DNA of 64,000 nt from Phycisphaerae bacterium. Lineage in GTDB: Bacteria; Planctomycetota; Phycisphaerae; UBA1845. The notes beneath the pieces are model-generated. The model was not told the origin of the DNA. It searched no databases and saw only the letters and a list, made by a program, of their open reading frames with translations. The stretch is from NCBI GenBank assembly GCA_963666835.2, contig CAXXGO010000006.1, forward strand, positions 1,888,001-1,952,000. The letters run 5' to 3'. The position numbers and the translations under genes are program-made. Shown here piece after piece: positions 1 through 9,637 of the stretch (its first letter is position 1; each line of letters begins with the position of its first letter).

Positions 1-616
1 GCGGCAGGTCCGCTCGAATAGACTGGGCCAACGTACCCGCCAGGAGCGTGCTGGTCGGGACTGTTGTATTGGATGCGAAATAGCTCGTATTCTGTCCGCC
101 CACAAAAGAGACCACCGGGCGGCAGCGGGCGGTGTCCATTGGGTCGGTGCAGTATGGGCGATTCGGTGCCGCCATCGGCAGGTGCATGACACTGGGCACA
201 CCGAACCGTTGCAGCTCCATCGCCTGGGCGCGGTCCCAAACCGCCTTAACCCACGTGGCGCTCTGCAAGCTCTGCCACACCTCGGGCCAGCCCATCCCCT
301 GTAGGGCCGTGACAACCGGGTCTATGAAGTGCGAGCAGAGCGGTTTGCCGAGTTCTTCGTGGACCGGGCTCAGGGTGCCCGGCTTCGACGTACTCTGAGC
401 GAAACCGAGGCCCGCTCCACCGTTATCCAGAAGAAGATCTACCGGTTCCGCCCGCGACCTTCCCAGCACGGCCACCCCGTTGGCGATTCGCGCACCCAGA
501 TCCGCCGCGTGCACGTTTCCACTGGGGTGTTGTGCGACAGGCAGGTCAACAGTCTCGTGGCCCAGCGCGTGGCAAGCGGGCTTCCACCAACTGTGGGCAA
601 AAACGCCAATCCGCAT
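1..616 (-). CDS. Putative glycosyltransferase (CgeB-like?); N-terminal part only, runs off the window edge
   Basis: Not in the ORF track. Manual translation from ATG at 616 gives MRIGVFAHSWWKPACHALGHETVDLP...VMHLPMAAPNRPY...PVVSFVGGQN..., open to position 1, with GGAGG SD upstream. Family call rests on the 'HLPMAA...VSFVG' pattern only. Confidence 0.6.
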   Translation of the reverse strand, partial: MRIGVFAHSWWKPACHALGHETVDLPVAQHPSGNVHAADLGARIANGVAVLGRSRAEPVDLLLDNGGAGLGFAQSTSKPGTLSPVHEELGKPLCSHFIDPVVTALQGMGWPEVWQSLQSATWVKAVWDRAQAMELQRFGVPSVMHLPMAAPNRPYCTDPMDTARCRPVVSFVGGQNTSYFASNTTVPTSTLLAGTLAQSIRADLP

Positions 617-972
617 ACGCTACCTCCGAGCGTAGAATGCCCCAGCCGGCGGCTCCGCCGCCGCATGCACCAGGTCCATCAACGCAGATCCAATCTAGTT
701 ATCGGTCATTCGGGGCGATGGTGTTGAGGGCGGATGCAGGGGCAGCACGTCGCCGGCTCAGGCGTACGAGACAATCACGACAAGTTCCGTACTGATTGAA
801 TAGGAATGTTGAGTGGTGTTAAGATGCGGCCCGCGGGCGCGTGTTCGGGCGCCCGTTTCTGTGCCGGATCGCGGGAGAAAGAGGGTAGCACCGAGTTCGG
901 AACCCCAAACCCGGCGGCTTAGGTAGGAGCGGACCTCGTTGAGCGGATTCTCAAACGGAGAGGGATAGTAAG

Positions 973-3900
973 ATGGGACGACTTCGGGTTGGATTCGCGG
1001 CGGCGCTTCTGACAGCAGGGATATCATCCGGTGGAGCCTCCGTTGCGGCAATGGTCGGCAACGCCTTCACCTACCAGGGGCAACTCAAGCTGGACGGGGC
1101 GCCAGTAGATGGTTCGGCCGATTTGGTATTCGTGCTGACGAACGCTGGAACCGACGGCAGCTCGATCGGCCCCGTCCTGCAGTTCTCCGGCTATGCTATC
1201 AAAGATGGCCTCTTCTCGGTGAACTTGGATTTCGGGTCCGGCGCGTTCGACGGAACCATGCGCTGGCTGGAGATTCGGGTCCGGTTCCCGGCCTGGGACG
1301 GAAGCGGGACGGAGCCTTCGTTCGTTACGCTCGAGCCGCGTCAGCGGGTGAACCCGGCCCCGTACGCGCTGGCGTTACCGGGAATGCTCATCGAGCAGAA
1401 CGAGACCAGCCCGAATGTGGTCGGAGGGTGGACGGGCAATTTCGCCAGCACTGGCGTGGTGGGTGCTACCGTTAGCGGCGGCGGCGATCCGACAGATGAT
1501 ATCGAGTATCCCGATTTCAACGCGGTAACCGACCACTTCGGTACGGTCGGAGGCGGATCTGCAAACGTGGCGGGCGATTTCACGGATCCCGTAACCAGTG
1601 CCAAGCATGCGACCGTCGGAGGTGGATTCGCCAACCGGGCAACGGGGGGATTCGCAACGATCCCCGGCGGCATGGGGAACTGGGCTTCCGCAGAGGCCGC
1701 TACTGTGGTGGGCGGAACACAGAACGCCGCGCACGGCGTTTGCAGTCTCGCCGCCGGCACCTTCGCCGTGGCCAATCACGACAACAGCTTCGTCTGGTCC
1801 GACGGAGCCGGCGCCCCATTCAATTCGACGGCGGACCGGCAGTTCCTGATCTCTGCTTCCGGCGGAGTCGGCATCGGTACGAACGCTCCGCAGGATCGGC
1901 TTCATCTGCGCGGCGGTATGGTCGTCGAGGCGATCAACTACGGCAACAACAGTTGCCTGCGCTTCAAGAAGTTTGAGCACTCCATCCTGGACAGTCCGGC
2001 CGTGTTCGCGTTTTCGCATCGTACCGACGGGACCGAACTGTGGATGTACGGTGACGGCGACGAGGGCTACCACAACTTCCAGAGCTGGGACTACGCGGAC
2101 AACGTCGTCAAGTTCCCGGCCAGCGGAAGCACCCTGCTTATCGACATGGCGCAGAACCGTGTCGGCATTGGAACTGACAGCCCAAGTGAACAACTCAGCG
2201 TGGCAGGGGCGATCGAGTCGACATCCGGCGGTTTCAAGTTCCCAGACGGTTCCGTGCAGACAACTGCCGCAACCGGCAGCGGAAGCTCCGTTTGGAGCAC
2301 TAGCGGAGACAACGCCTATTACACCACGGGCAACGTCGGAATCGGCTACAACGATCCGAACCGCAAGCTCTATATTCTGGAAGACGCGGAGGACATCGCT
2401 CTTTCGCTGAAGCTCGATAATCCGCATCCGGCGTTCGGCCAATCCGGCGTAGGCATCCTCTTTTCGGTCGGCGGCTCAGGAGGCGGGCCCATCAGTGACA
2501 CGAGAGGGAAAGGAGCCCTGGCATACGAGTACGCCGCCACCTGGAACCGAGGGAACTTCCACTTCCTGCAGAACAACGGGGCAGATCAGACGAATCCGAC
2601 CCTCGCCGATTCCGTAATGACGATCACCCACGACGGGACGGTCGGCATCGGCACCGTGACGCCGGGCGGTGTGCTGGCCCTGGGCGACTACAGCGGCGGA
2701 ACCGGGACCAGCCTTGTGCAGGAGTACACTAAGCAACTGGTGCTAGCCGGCGAGTTCAATGAAGGACCCAATACGGGCCAATCCGTCAAGTTGCTCATCT
2801 CAGAGTACGACAACGACGACGGCGACACCGACATCTACCCGATCTACGTCGAAGATGAGAACAACTCCCAACATTTCTACCTTCGACATCAAGGGGGAAG
2901 CAGCGGAGGTACGAAGACGGCCTACTTCGGTGGCAACGTGGGTATTGGTACAACTGACCTGACCTCGAGCCTGACCGTCCAAGGCACGATCGAATCGAAG
3001 ACCGGGGGGATCAAGTTCCCTGACGGCACGGTCCAGAATACGGCCGCCGTCGGAGGAACTACCAGTTGGAATCTGACAGGCAACTCCGGAACGACTCCTG
3101 CCACCCACTTTGTCGGAACGACGGACAACGCGTCGCTCTCCTTTCGAGTCAACAACGTGCGGGGTTTCTTGATCGCGCCGCGGACGTATGGCCCGAACCT
3201 GATCGGCGGGTACTCAGCCAATAGCGTCGGGGTCGGTGTCTCGGGCGCGACAATCGGCGGCGGCGGAGGGAGACGGAACAGCGCTCCCCTGTACTACGGT
3301 AACACCGTCGAGGATGATTTCGGGACGATTGCCGGCGGATGGCACAACCAGGCCGGGAACGGAACCGGGACCGTAAGCGACGCCGAGGGCGCTACGGTCG
3401 GCGGCGGTTTCGAGAACACGGCCTCCGGATTCGCCTCTACCGTAGGCGGCGGAGAGGGCAACAACGCGACGGACAATTACGCGACGATCCCGGGCGGCAT
3501 GTACAACGAAGCCGGCGGCAGATACAGCTTCGCGGCAGGGTATCGCGCCAAGGCCAACCACGACGGTACATTCGTCTGGGCCGACTCCGGCACGACCGAC
3601 TTCGCGTCCGCGGCGGAGAATCAGTTCCTGATAATGGCTTCCGGCGGTACCGCCGTTGGCGATAACAGCGCACACGGCTATGACCTGTTCGTGAACGGCT
3701 CAGCAGCCAAGCCCGGCGGCGGATCGTGGTCGAACTACTCCGATGCGCGAGTGAAGAAGAACGTCGAGTCACTCGACGGAGCGCTCGAGCAGCTTCTGCG
3801 ACTTCGCGGTGTCACCTTTGAGTACAAGGAACCGTACGCCAAGTTCGGCACGTCCGGCCGGCAGATCGGCCTGATCGCCCAGGAAGTGGAGAAAGTGTTC

Positions 3901-4107
3901 CCCGACTGGGTTGACGAGGCCCCCAACGGTGACAAATGGGTGACGGTCCGCGGGCTGGAGGCCTTGGTGGTTGAAGCCCTCCGGGACTTACGCACAGAAC
4001 GAGCGGTCGAGATTGAACGGCTCCAAGAGACGATTGCGCAACAACAAACTCTGATAGATAGCCTGCTCCGTCGCATGGAGGCCCTGGAGCAGAACGATCG
4101 ACCTTAG
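973..4107 (+). CDS. Secreted tail-fibre/adhesin-like protein with C-terminal peptidase S74 (intramolecular chaperone) domain
   Basis: Signal peptide; AFTYQGQL N-domain; Gly-rich GATVGGGxxN beta-repeats; VGIGT repeats; C-terminal YS-DARVKKNV...LRGVTFEYK...GLIAQEVEKVFP plus coiled coil. Confidence 0.85.
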   Translation: MGRLRVGFAAALLTAGISSGGASVAAMVGNAFTYQGQLKLDGAPVDGSADLVFVLTNAGTDGSSIGPVLQFSGYAIKDGLFSVNLDFGSGAFDGTMRWLEIRVRFPAWDGSGTEPSFVTLEPRQRVNPAPYALALPGMLIEQNETSPNVVGGWTGNFASTGVVGATVSGGGDPTDDIEYPDFNAVTDHFGTVGGGSANVAGDFTDPVTSAKHATVGGGFANRATGGFATIPGGMGNWASAEAATVVGGTQNAAHGVCSLAAGTFAVANHDNSFVWSDGAGAPFNSTADRQFLISASGGVGIGTNAPQDRLHLRGGMVVEAINYGNNSCLRFKKFEHSILDSPAVFAFSHRTDGTELWMYGDGDEGYHNFQSWDYADNVVKFPASGSTLLIDMAQNRVGIGTDSPSEQLSVAGAIESTSGGFKFPDGSVQTTAATGSGSSVWSTSGDNAYYTTGNVGIGYNDPNRKLYILEDAEDIALSLKLDNPHPAFGQSGVGILFSVGGSGGGPISDTRGKGALAYEYAATWNRGNFHFLQNNGADQTNPTLADSVMTITHDGTVGIGTVTPGGVLALGDYSGGTGTSLVQEYTKQLVLAGEFNEGPNTGQSVKLLISEYDNDDGDTDIYPIYVEDENNSQHFYLRHQGGSSGGTKTAYFGGNVGIGTTDLTSSLTVQGTIESKTGGIKFPDGTVQNTAAVGGTTSWNLTGNSGTTPATHFVGTTDNASLSFRVNNVRGFLIAPRTYGPNLIGGYSANSVGVGVSGATIGGGGGRRNSAPLYYGNTVEDDFGTIAGGWHNQAGNGTGTVSDAEGATVGGGFENTASGFASTVGGGEGNNATDNYATIPGGMYNEAGGRYSFAAGYRAKANHDGTFVWADSGTTDFASAAENQFLIMASGGTAVGDNSAHGYDLFVNGSAAKPGGGSWSNYSDARVKKNVESLDGALEQLLRLRGVTFEYKEPYAKFGTSGRQIGLIAQEVEKVFPDWVDEAPNGDKWVTVRGLEALVVEALRDLRTERAVEIERLQETIAQQQTLIDSLLRRMEALEQNDRP

Positions 4108-4124
4108 TGTGGGATAGCGGGCCG

Positions 4125-5360
4125 TCAGCGCGCGTCGATAACCTCGAGCCAGATACGTTCGATTCGGGCGAACACGGCGTCCCATGTAAACGGCCTCAAG
4201 ACGTCCGGCATGGTCTTGGCGGGGTCGCCCAGCGGGGGCATGCGCAAAACAGCTTCGATTCGATCTTCAAGCGCGGTAACGAACGCTGGCAGGTCCTCCG
4301 GTACGGGAACGTCGGGACCAATGAGCCGCGGTAGCGATACCCGATCGAGCACCCGGTCAAGATTCGAACCGAAACTGTGGCGGAGCCCGGGTAGGTCCGT
4401 GCAAACCAACCGACATCCGCAAGCCAGCGCCTCAATCAGCACCAACGGCAGCCCCTCATAGAATGATGGCAGAACGAAGACGCTGCAACTCCGCATGAGT
4501 TCAGCCAGCGCCTTTTGGCCAAGCTGACCATGCATCACCACCCGCGGAGCCATAGCGGCCATCCGTGCCCGCAAGTCCTCGGCCTCGCGCCCCGCTCCGT
4601 CGCCGGCCACATGTAACACCAAACCCGGCTCCCGCGCGCCCAGCCGTTCAACCGCGTCGAGAAGCCAGGGCAAGCCCTTGGCATTGCTGTACTTCCCGGC
4701 GTACGCAATGGACATCCGGTTTCGGTTACGCACCCCTCGAGCGTGGAAGATCTCCTTCCGGTACCCGGTTCCAACGGTATGAACGCGACCGGGGGCCACC
4801 TTCAGCTTCGCGGTGAGATGATCGGCGTGGCCCTGATGAAGCACGCAGAAACGATCGTTGCGGGCACACCCGTACCTAACCTCGTCGGCTAAGTGGGGGC
4901 ACAGTGCCATCTGCCGCAGCCCGGTGGCGTGACAGTGGTTGACCACGGGAACGTCCGGGGCAACATCCTTGACCAGCGCGCTGAGCAGCCAGATGTGCCG
5001 CGTGTGGATGACATCCGGCTTGAAATCGGTTACTGCCTCGGACACGTGCCGCCGCCACGCTCCGCGATAATCCGCCAGTTGCCGCTCATCGAGGCCGGCA
5101 AACCGGCTGCTGGGATAGGGCATAACATCGCTCATGCCCGGCAGGGGGAAACCCAGTTCGCCATCGCCGAACCTCAGCGGGCGAACCAGCGATTCATCCA
5201 GGCCGCCGGTCGGGGGATTCGGATCGTCGTGTGGGGTACCGATAACGACCTGCTGCTCCCAGCCGGCGGCGTCGGCCAGCCGAACGGTCGCATCAAGTGA
5301 GACCCCGCTCCCCGTGAACGACGGTCGTTGCGACAACAGATGTAGAACCCGATTACCCAT
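4125..5360 (-). CDS. Glycosyltransferase family 4 (GT-B)
   Basis: YAGKYSNAKG and FVLPSFYEGLPLVLIEALACG (EX7E) motifs. Confidence 0.9.
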   Translation of the reverse strand: MGNRVLHLLSQRPSFTGSGVSLDATVRLADAAGWEQQVVIGTPHDDPNPPTGGLDESLVRPLRFGDGELGFPLPGMSDVMPYPSSRFAGLDERQLADYRGAWRRHVSEAVTDFKPDVIHTRHIWLLSALVKDVAPDVPVVNHCHATGLRQMALCPHLADEVRYGCARNDRFCVLHQGHADHLTAKLKVAPGRVHTVGTGYRKEIFHARGVRNRNRMSIAYAGKYSNAKGLPWLLDAVERLGAREPGLVLHVAGDGAGREAEDLRARMAAMAPRVVMHGQLGQKALAELMRSCSVFVLPSFYEGLPLVLIEALACGCRLVCTDLPGLRHSFGSNLDRVLDRVSLPRLIGPDVPVPEDLPAFVTALEDRIEAVLRMPPLGDPAKTMPDVLRPFTWDAVFARIERIWLEVIDAR

Positions 5361-5583
5361 ACACGCTCCGTGATCTAATCTCCCTCGGCGAATCGCGCCG
5401 CCGACTAAGAGCCTACCGGGAAGAGGCGGCTGGTCAAACGCTGGTACACGGTTGTTGCGGAACGCCGCTCAGGACCCGGTAGCTGGCATATTCTCGGAAG
5501 CACCCGTGGTCGCGAGACAGGATTCTCGGTCCGGCGTGCCGACTTGGCGGCACGTTGGGCAGGCGCTTCGGAGCCGGTAATGA

Positions 5584-5614
5584 GAAACGCCACCCCGGTA
5601 GGGAGTGGCGTTTC
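5584..5614 (-). terminator. Probable intrinsic terminator hairpin
   Basis: GAAACGCCAC...GTGGCGTTTC 10-bp inverted repeat just downstream of the 5640 stop; short U-tract. Confidence 0.55.
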
Positions 5615-5639
5615 AATGAGTCACCTGCTGCTTGCGGGG

Positions 5640-7886
5640 CTACTTCTTATCCTGTTTCAAAGCCTCCTCGAACCGGGCAAGGGCGACCTTCATCTCCTTC
5701 ACCCCGGCGCCCCCCGAAAGTCCAATCGCTTTGTTCTCCAGCTCTATCGCCTCTTCAACGTGCCCCGTCTCGAAATTGGCCAGAGCCAGCGTGTCAACGA
5801 ACATCCAGTTCTTCTGATCCGTCAGTTTGTTCGCCCGCTTGGCCATCTTGAGGGCGAGCTTTCCGTATTGGCCGCCGTACTTGTCCTCCGTCAGCAACGC
5901 CCAAGCGAAGTTGTTCAAGAAATTCGGATTGTCTCCGGCGACCTCGAGCAATTCAGCTCCGCAGATCTTCGCCGCCTCGTGGTCCTTCTTGCCGACCGCC
6001 AGAACGCGGAACTTCTTCCGTATAAGGTCGGTGCAACCCGGGTCCTCCGCCAGCATTTCATCGATAGCCGCCACGGCCGCGTCCCAGTCGTGACGTTGGA
6101 TCGTCGACTCCAGGTGGTTTTTGGCGACGCGAGCCCGCTCTTCCTTCATAAGCTGCATAGCTATCAACTCGCCGACATCGGGAACGCCGGCGACCGCGGC
6201 CGACAGGCGGTACAGCCCGCTCGAATGCTCCACGACGGCCGAGACAACCGTATCCGCCATCACCTGGGCGACCGGGTTGAGTTCGGCGAATTCCGCCGCC
6301 GGCATGAACTGCTTGGCGATCTGGATTGCCCGTGCGGGATGAACGAACACAGCCTTCGTCGAATCCGGACTGAGCCGCGCCAGGCTATCCGCGAACGCCG
6401 GATCCTGCAGGATGGAACGCCCCGTCCGCTGCGCCCGTATGGCACGAGCGATAGCCGACCGGCTGGAGGCGATCAACACCTCATGGTCCATCGTGGCAAA
6501 GAACAGCGCAACGTGATCGGGGTATTGATAGCTACGGACCGCCACTCCTTCGATTTCCTGAGAAGCGCCCTCCACGGCACCGATCCCGCTGGCCAGCGAG
6601 GCTATGCCCAGCACCTGAGTCCACAACGCCTCGGACTTCGACGGATCGTTTACGGTGATCGCGGCCGCGATATCGGGAATCGGCACCCCGGAGGTAACCT
6701 CATCCTCCGGAGGCAGAGCGAAGACCGCGAAGCCGATGATGTTGGCGAAGATCTCCCGACCGAAGTCCAGGGCCGTCACAATCTGGGCGGAATCGCCCGG
6801 AGCCGCCGGGACGTGCCGGGAAGCGGAGTTCAACGCTCCGACCAGGAACCCGGCAGCGCCTTCGGGAATGCACTTCAGCGAGTTGCGGTCAATCGGAGGG
6901 GTCCTCAGGAGATTGAACACCAGGTTGCGATGGCCATCCTCAAGCCGGAGCTGGAGATCCAGAAACGGCCCATCCTCTCCGATGCCGACTCGACCAACGA
7001 AAGACTTAAGGCTGTCCAGGTCCAGCACGGCCTGCGCCATCGCCAGATCGCGGTTCTGCGTCGCTGCCCCGGCCATCATGGCATTGACCATCGGCATGAT
7101 CGGCTTGGCATGGGCGCAGACGTACAGCAGCGTGTCGTTGCGACCTTCCAGGGATTCGGCCAACTCCGGATGGGTAGCGAGCGAATCCCCAACATCGCCC
7201 TTCAACCGGCGAACCACATCCTCGATGGACGCCCGCTGCTGACTGACCACGACGAGCCGCGAGGTCAGTGTCACCAACGCTTCACCTTCAATATCGTACG
7301 TCTCAAAACCGCCGATCGGATCAACGACCGTACCTCCGACCGGCAGCCCGGTTCTCAAGATATCGCGAATCAGCTCGAGATCGCCCGGGTGGAAGACCAG
7401 CACGCCCGCCGGAGCCTGTGAGAGAGGATCGAATCCGGTAATCGCCAGCGCCGCCCCTCTGATCCCGAGCGCGACTTTGGCCAGCTCCGGACTTATGGCC
7501 AACTGCTTGGGGCCTGCCGGCTCGCCGTCGGACAGCAGGCCGAGCTGTCCGAGTAGTGCCGTAACTTGGTCACCGGGATGGTTCAGCTCTGCATAAAGCA
7601 GCGTGGTGCGGGGCATCAGCGCGGCGAAATCCGCGCAGGCCAGCTCTTCGCGACACATGGTCAAGTGCGTCTGAGCATAGGACCGGAGTTCATCGTCCAC
7701 CCGGCCGTCGGCCACGACCTGTTCGAAGAGCTTGGCAGCCCCTTCCCAATCGCCGTTGGCCTGTTCGAGGTAATAGCCCCGGTAGAACTTCTCCTGGGAC
7801 GTTTCGCCGGCCGTCGCTCCGGCGGCGCCGAGCAGGACGATCAACAATCCGGAAAGGACTTTTCCAGTTGACGATATGATCTGCAT
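5640..7886 (-). CDS. Exported protein with N- and C-terminal TPR-like helices and a central DUF3352-like region
   Basis: Signal peptide; GDWEGAAKLFEQV and NFLNNFAWALLT...VDTLALANFETGHVEEAIELENKAI TPR-like motifs; central domain call is tentative. Confidence 0.7.
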   Translation of the reverse strand: MQIISSTGKVLSGLLIVLLGAAGATAGETSQEKFYRGYYLEQANGDWEGAAKLFEQVVADGRVDDELRSYAQTHLTMCREELACADFAALMPRTTLLYAELNHPGDQVTALLGQLGLLSDGEPAGPKQLAISPELAKVALGIRGAALAITGFDPLSQAPAGVLVFHPGDLELIRDILRTGLPVGGTVVDPIGGFETYDIEGEALVTLTSRLVVVSQQRASIEDVVRRLKGDVGDSLATHPELAESLEGRNDTLLYVCAHAKPIMPMVNAMMAGAATQNRDLAMAQAVLDLDSLKSFVGRVGIGEDGPFLDLQLRLEDGHRNLVFNLLRTPPIDRNSLKCIPEGAAGFLVGALNSASRHVPAAPGDSAQIVTALDFGREIFANIIGFAVFALPPEDEVTSGVPIPDIAAAITVNDPSKSEALWTQVLGIASLASGIGAVEGASQEIEGVAVRSYQYPDHVALFFATMDHEVLIASSRSAIARAIRAQRTGRSILQDPAFADSLARLSPDSTKAVFVHPARAIQIAKQFMPAAEFAELNPVAQVMADTVVSAVVEHSSGLYRLSAAVAGVPDVGELIAMQLMKEERARVAKNHLESTIQRHDWDAAVAAIDEMLAEDPGCTDLIRKKFRVLAVGKKDHEAAKICGAELLEVAGDNPNFLNNFAWALLTEDKYGGQYGKLALKMAKRANKLTDQKNWMFVDTLALANFETGHVEEAIELENKAIGLSGGAGVKEMKVALARFEEALKQDKK

Positions 7887-8248
7887 CTTCAGGCTCCCGA
7901 TATCGGTTCCAAAAACGACTACTGATCAGTTCGCTCGCCCACACCGAGCAAACCTGATCCACCATTTTTCCGCAGGCAGACTTCTCATGCCTGCCACCCG
8001 GGCATTCGTCGGGTTGCCGCGGATATTCGCACCCCCGGTCGGCGATTTCCGTATCAACTTGTCTTGGCTGGCCGACGCCGAGAATCGAGGGGTCGCCGGA
8101 TGATGCGGGTTGAATCGCCCGCACCACGCTTATCCCACTGCTCAAGTCCCCTCGGCAACCGGCCGACAATCGCCTCTGTTGACCTGTTTTCAGTGCTGCG
8201 GGGGAGGTTCCACGCGCAACTTACTCGGCCGCCACGGGGGAATCCCGG

Positions 8249-8584
8249 ATGATCGCTGTCGCCCCGGTCCACAGCACCCCGCTCAGCGCCTTCGGAGTGT
8301 GGGGGATAGTCATACCTCTGCTGCTCGGTGCCCTGGGAGTGATCGTGGTTTATCGGTCCTTCGGCCGCCGCCGCACGCCGGCTCGATACCCCGGAGGCTT
8401 GCGAGCCGGACGCCTGTCGCAAGGTGCCTGTGGGGTATTCCTGATCGCCCTCAGCTTAGCCATCCTTGGTGACTACGTGCCGGCCGTTAAGCACGCGTTC
8501 GCCCCGGCCGCCAAGCCCGTGTTGCTCGGGCTGTTCGGACTGATCGTGATCTGCGCCTTTCGCGACACTCGCGCCGCTCGGTAA
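8249..8584 (+). CDS. Small membrane protein (3 hydrophobic segments), unknown function
   Basis: 111 aa, three TM-like stretches with basic loops. Confidence 0.6.
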   Translation: MIAVAPVHSTPLSAFGVWGIVIPLLLGALGVIVVYRSFGRRRTPARYPGGLRAGRLSQGACGVFLIALSLAILGDYVPAVKHAFAPAAKPVLLGLFGLIVICAFRDTRAAR

Positions 8585-8658
8585 CTTCACCCTCGGCATC
8601 GAACCTGTGTTGTTCCACCTCATGCCCCAACAGCGGCGGTGCCTCAGATGAGGGGTAA

Positions 8659-8729
8659 GGAATCGACACTCAAGTAGGGCATGGTCGAGGCACGAGACCT
8701 GCCACCAGGGCGCGCGCCACGCGGGTGCC
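8659..8729 (+). repeat. 71-bp repeat containing a GTAG-type REP-like hairpin (family A)
   Basis: GTAGGGCATGGTCGAGGCACGAGACCTGCC at 8674-8703; the whole 71 bp recurs at 11255-11325 (64/71 by manual alignment). Confidence 0.85.
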
Positions 8730-8989
8730 TCGTCCTTCGCCCTGGGTTGTATCACCGTGAACAAGAAGCCTCGTATACAGGTGCACTTGCGGTACGCGCT
8801 TATTGCCCGCGGGCGAAGGGTGGGGAATCGACTGCGGAATGCGAGCTCCCTCGGATCTTCGTCGGTCCCCCACCCACCCCGGCGGTGAGTCGGGGCGGCT
8901 GTTCCAACTTGGCAAACGCCGGGGCGCCCATGCAAGAGTATGTAGAACAACGAGGGGGCACACCTGACGGAGTCTTACAATTAAATTTC

Positions 8990-9018
8990 TTGCAATTTAT
9001 TTAACATCCAGATACGCT
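8990..9018 (+). promoter_or_regulatory. Sigma70-like promoter, probably for a leaderless transcript
   Basis: TTGCAA-17 nt-TACGCT, ATG 7 nt downstream, no SD; AT-rich TT(A/G)CAATT direct repeats overlapping the -35 could be an operator. Confidence 0.6.
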
Positions 9019-9025
9019 CGGTGGC

Positions 9026-9637
9026 ATGAAGTCGTCACCCAAACGTGTTATGCGTCTCGATAGCCCGCAACAGCAGGAAGCCCTGACCTCGCCGGTGCGT
9101 ATCGAGATCATCGAGCGCCTGCAAGGCGACGGGCCGTCCTCGATTGCTGACATTGCCCGTAAAATGGATCGCTCGGCCGCATCGTTGTATCACCACATCC
9201 GTAAGTTGTTTGCCGCGGGCGTCGTTATCGAGAAAGGGCGACGGCGGGCGGGAAGGCGCTGGGAGACAATCTACGAACTGGCGGCCCCGCGCATTCACAT
9301 GGACCTTGACCAGTCGTCTGAGCGCAATATCCGCTGCTACCGACGGTCGGCCGGCGCCTTACTCCGCCTGACCGATCGCAACTTCGCGGATGCCGTTCAG
9401 TTCGGTCGGCCCGTGACAACGGGTCGCTACCGGAACCTCCATGCCGGCGTGAAGAAAGCTCGCTTGACGAAAGGCGGATTGACGCGGGTCAATCGGCTCC
9501 TCGATGAGATCCACAGAATAATGTGTGAGGAAGACGCCCGCGGAGCGGGGCAGCTATGCGCGCTGACCACGGTACTTCTGCCACTACTCGACAATGACCA
9601 GCGAAAGAAGGAATCGAAATGCACGAGCAGACCATAA
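9026..9637 (+). CDS. ArsR-like winged helix-turn-helix transcriptional regulator
   Basis: ALTSPVRIEIIERL...SIADIARKMDRSAASLYHHIRKLFAAGVV. Confidence 0.85.
   Translation: MKSSPKRVMRLDSPQQQEALTSPVRIEIIERLQGDGPSSIADIARKMDRSAASLYHHIRKLFAAGVVIEKGRRRAGRRWETIYELAAPRIHMDLDQSSERNIRCYRRSAGALLRLTDRNFADAVQFGRPVTTGRYRNLHAGVKKARLTKGGLTRVNRLLDEIHRIMCEEDARGAGQLCALTTVLLPLLDNDQRKKESKCTSRP

Noticed and set aside
973..4107. Prophage
   Set aside because: The fibre-like gene has a signal peptide and no capsid, terminase, tail or integrase neighbours
5544..7421. 625-aa plus-strand ORF
   Set aside because: Antisense shadow of the 748-aa exported protein; Arg/His-rich, no motifs
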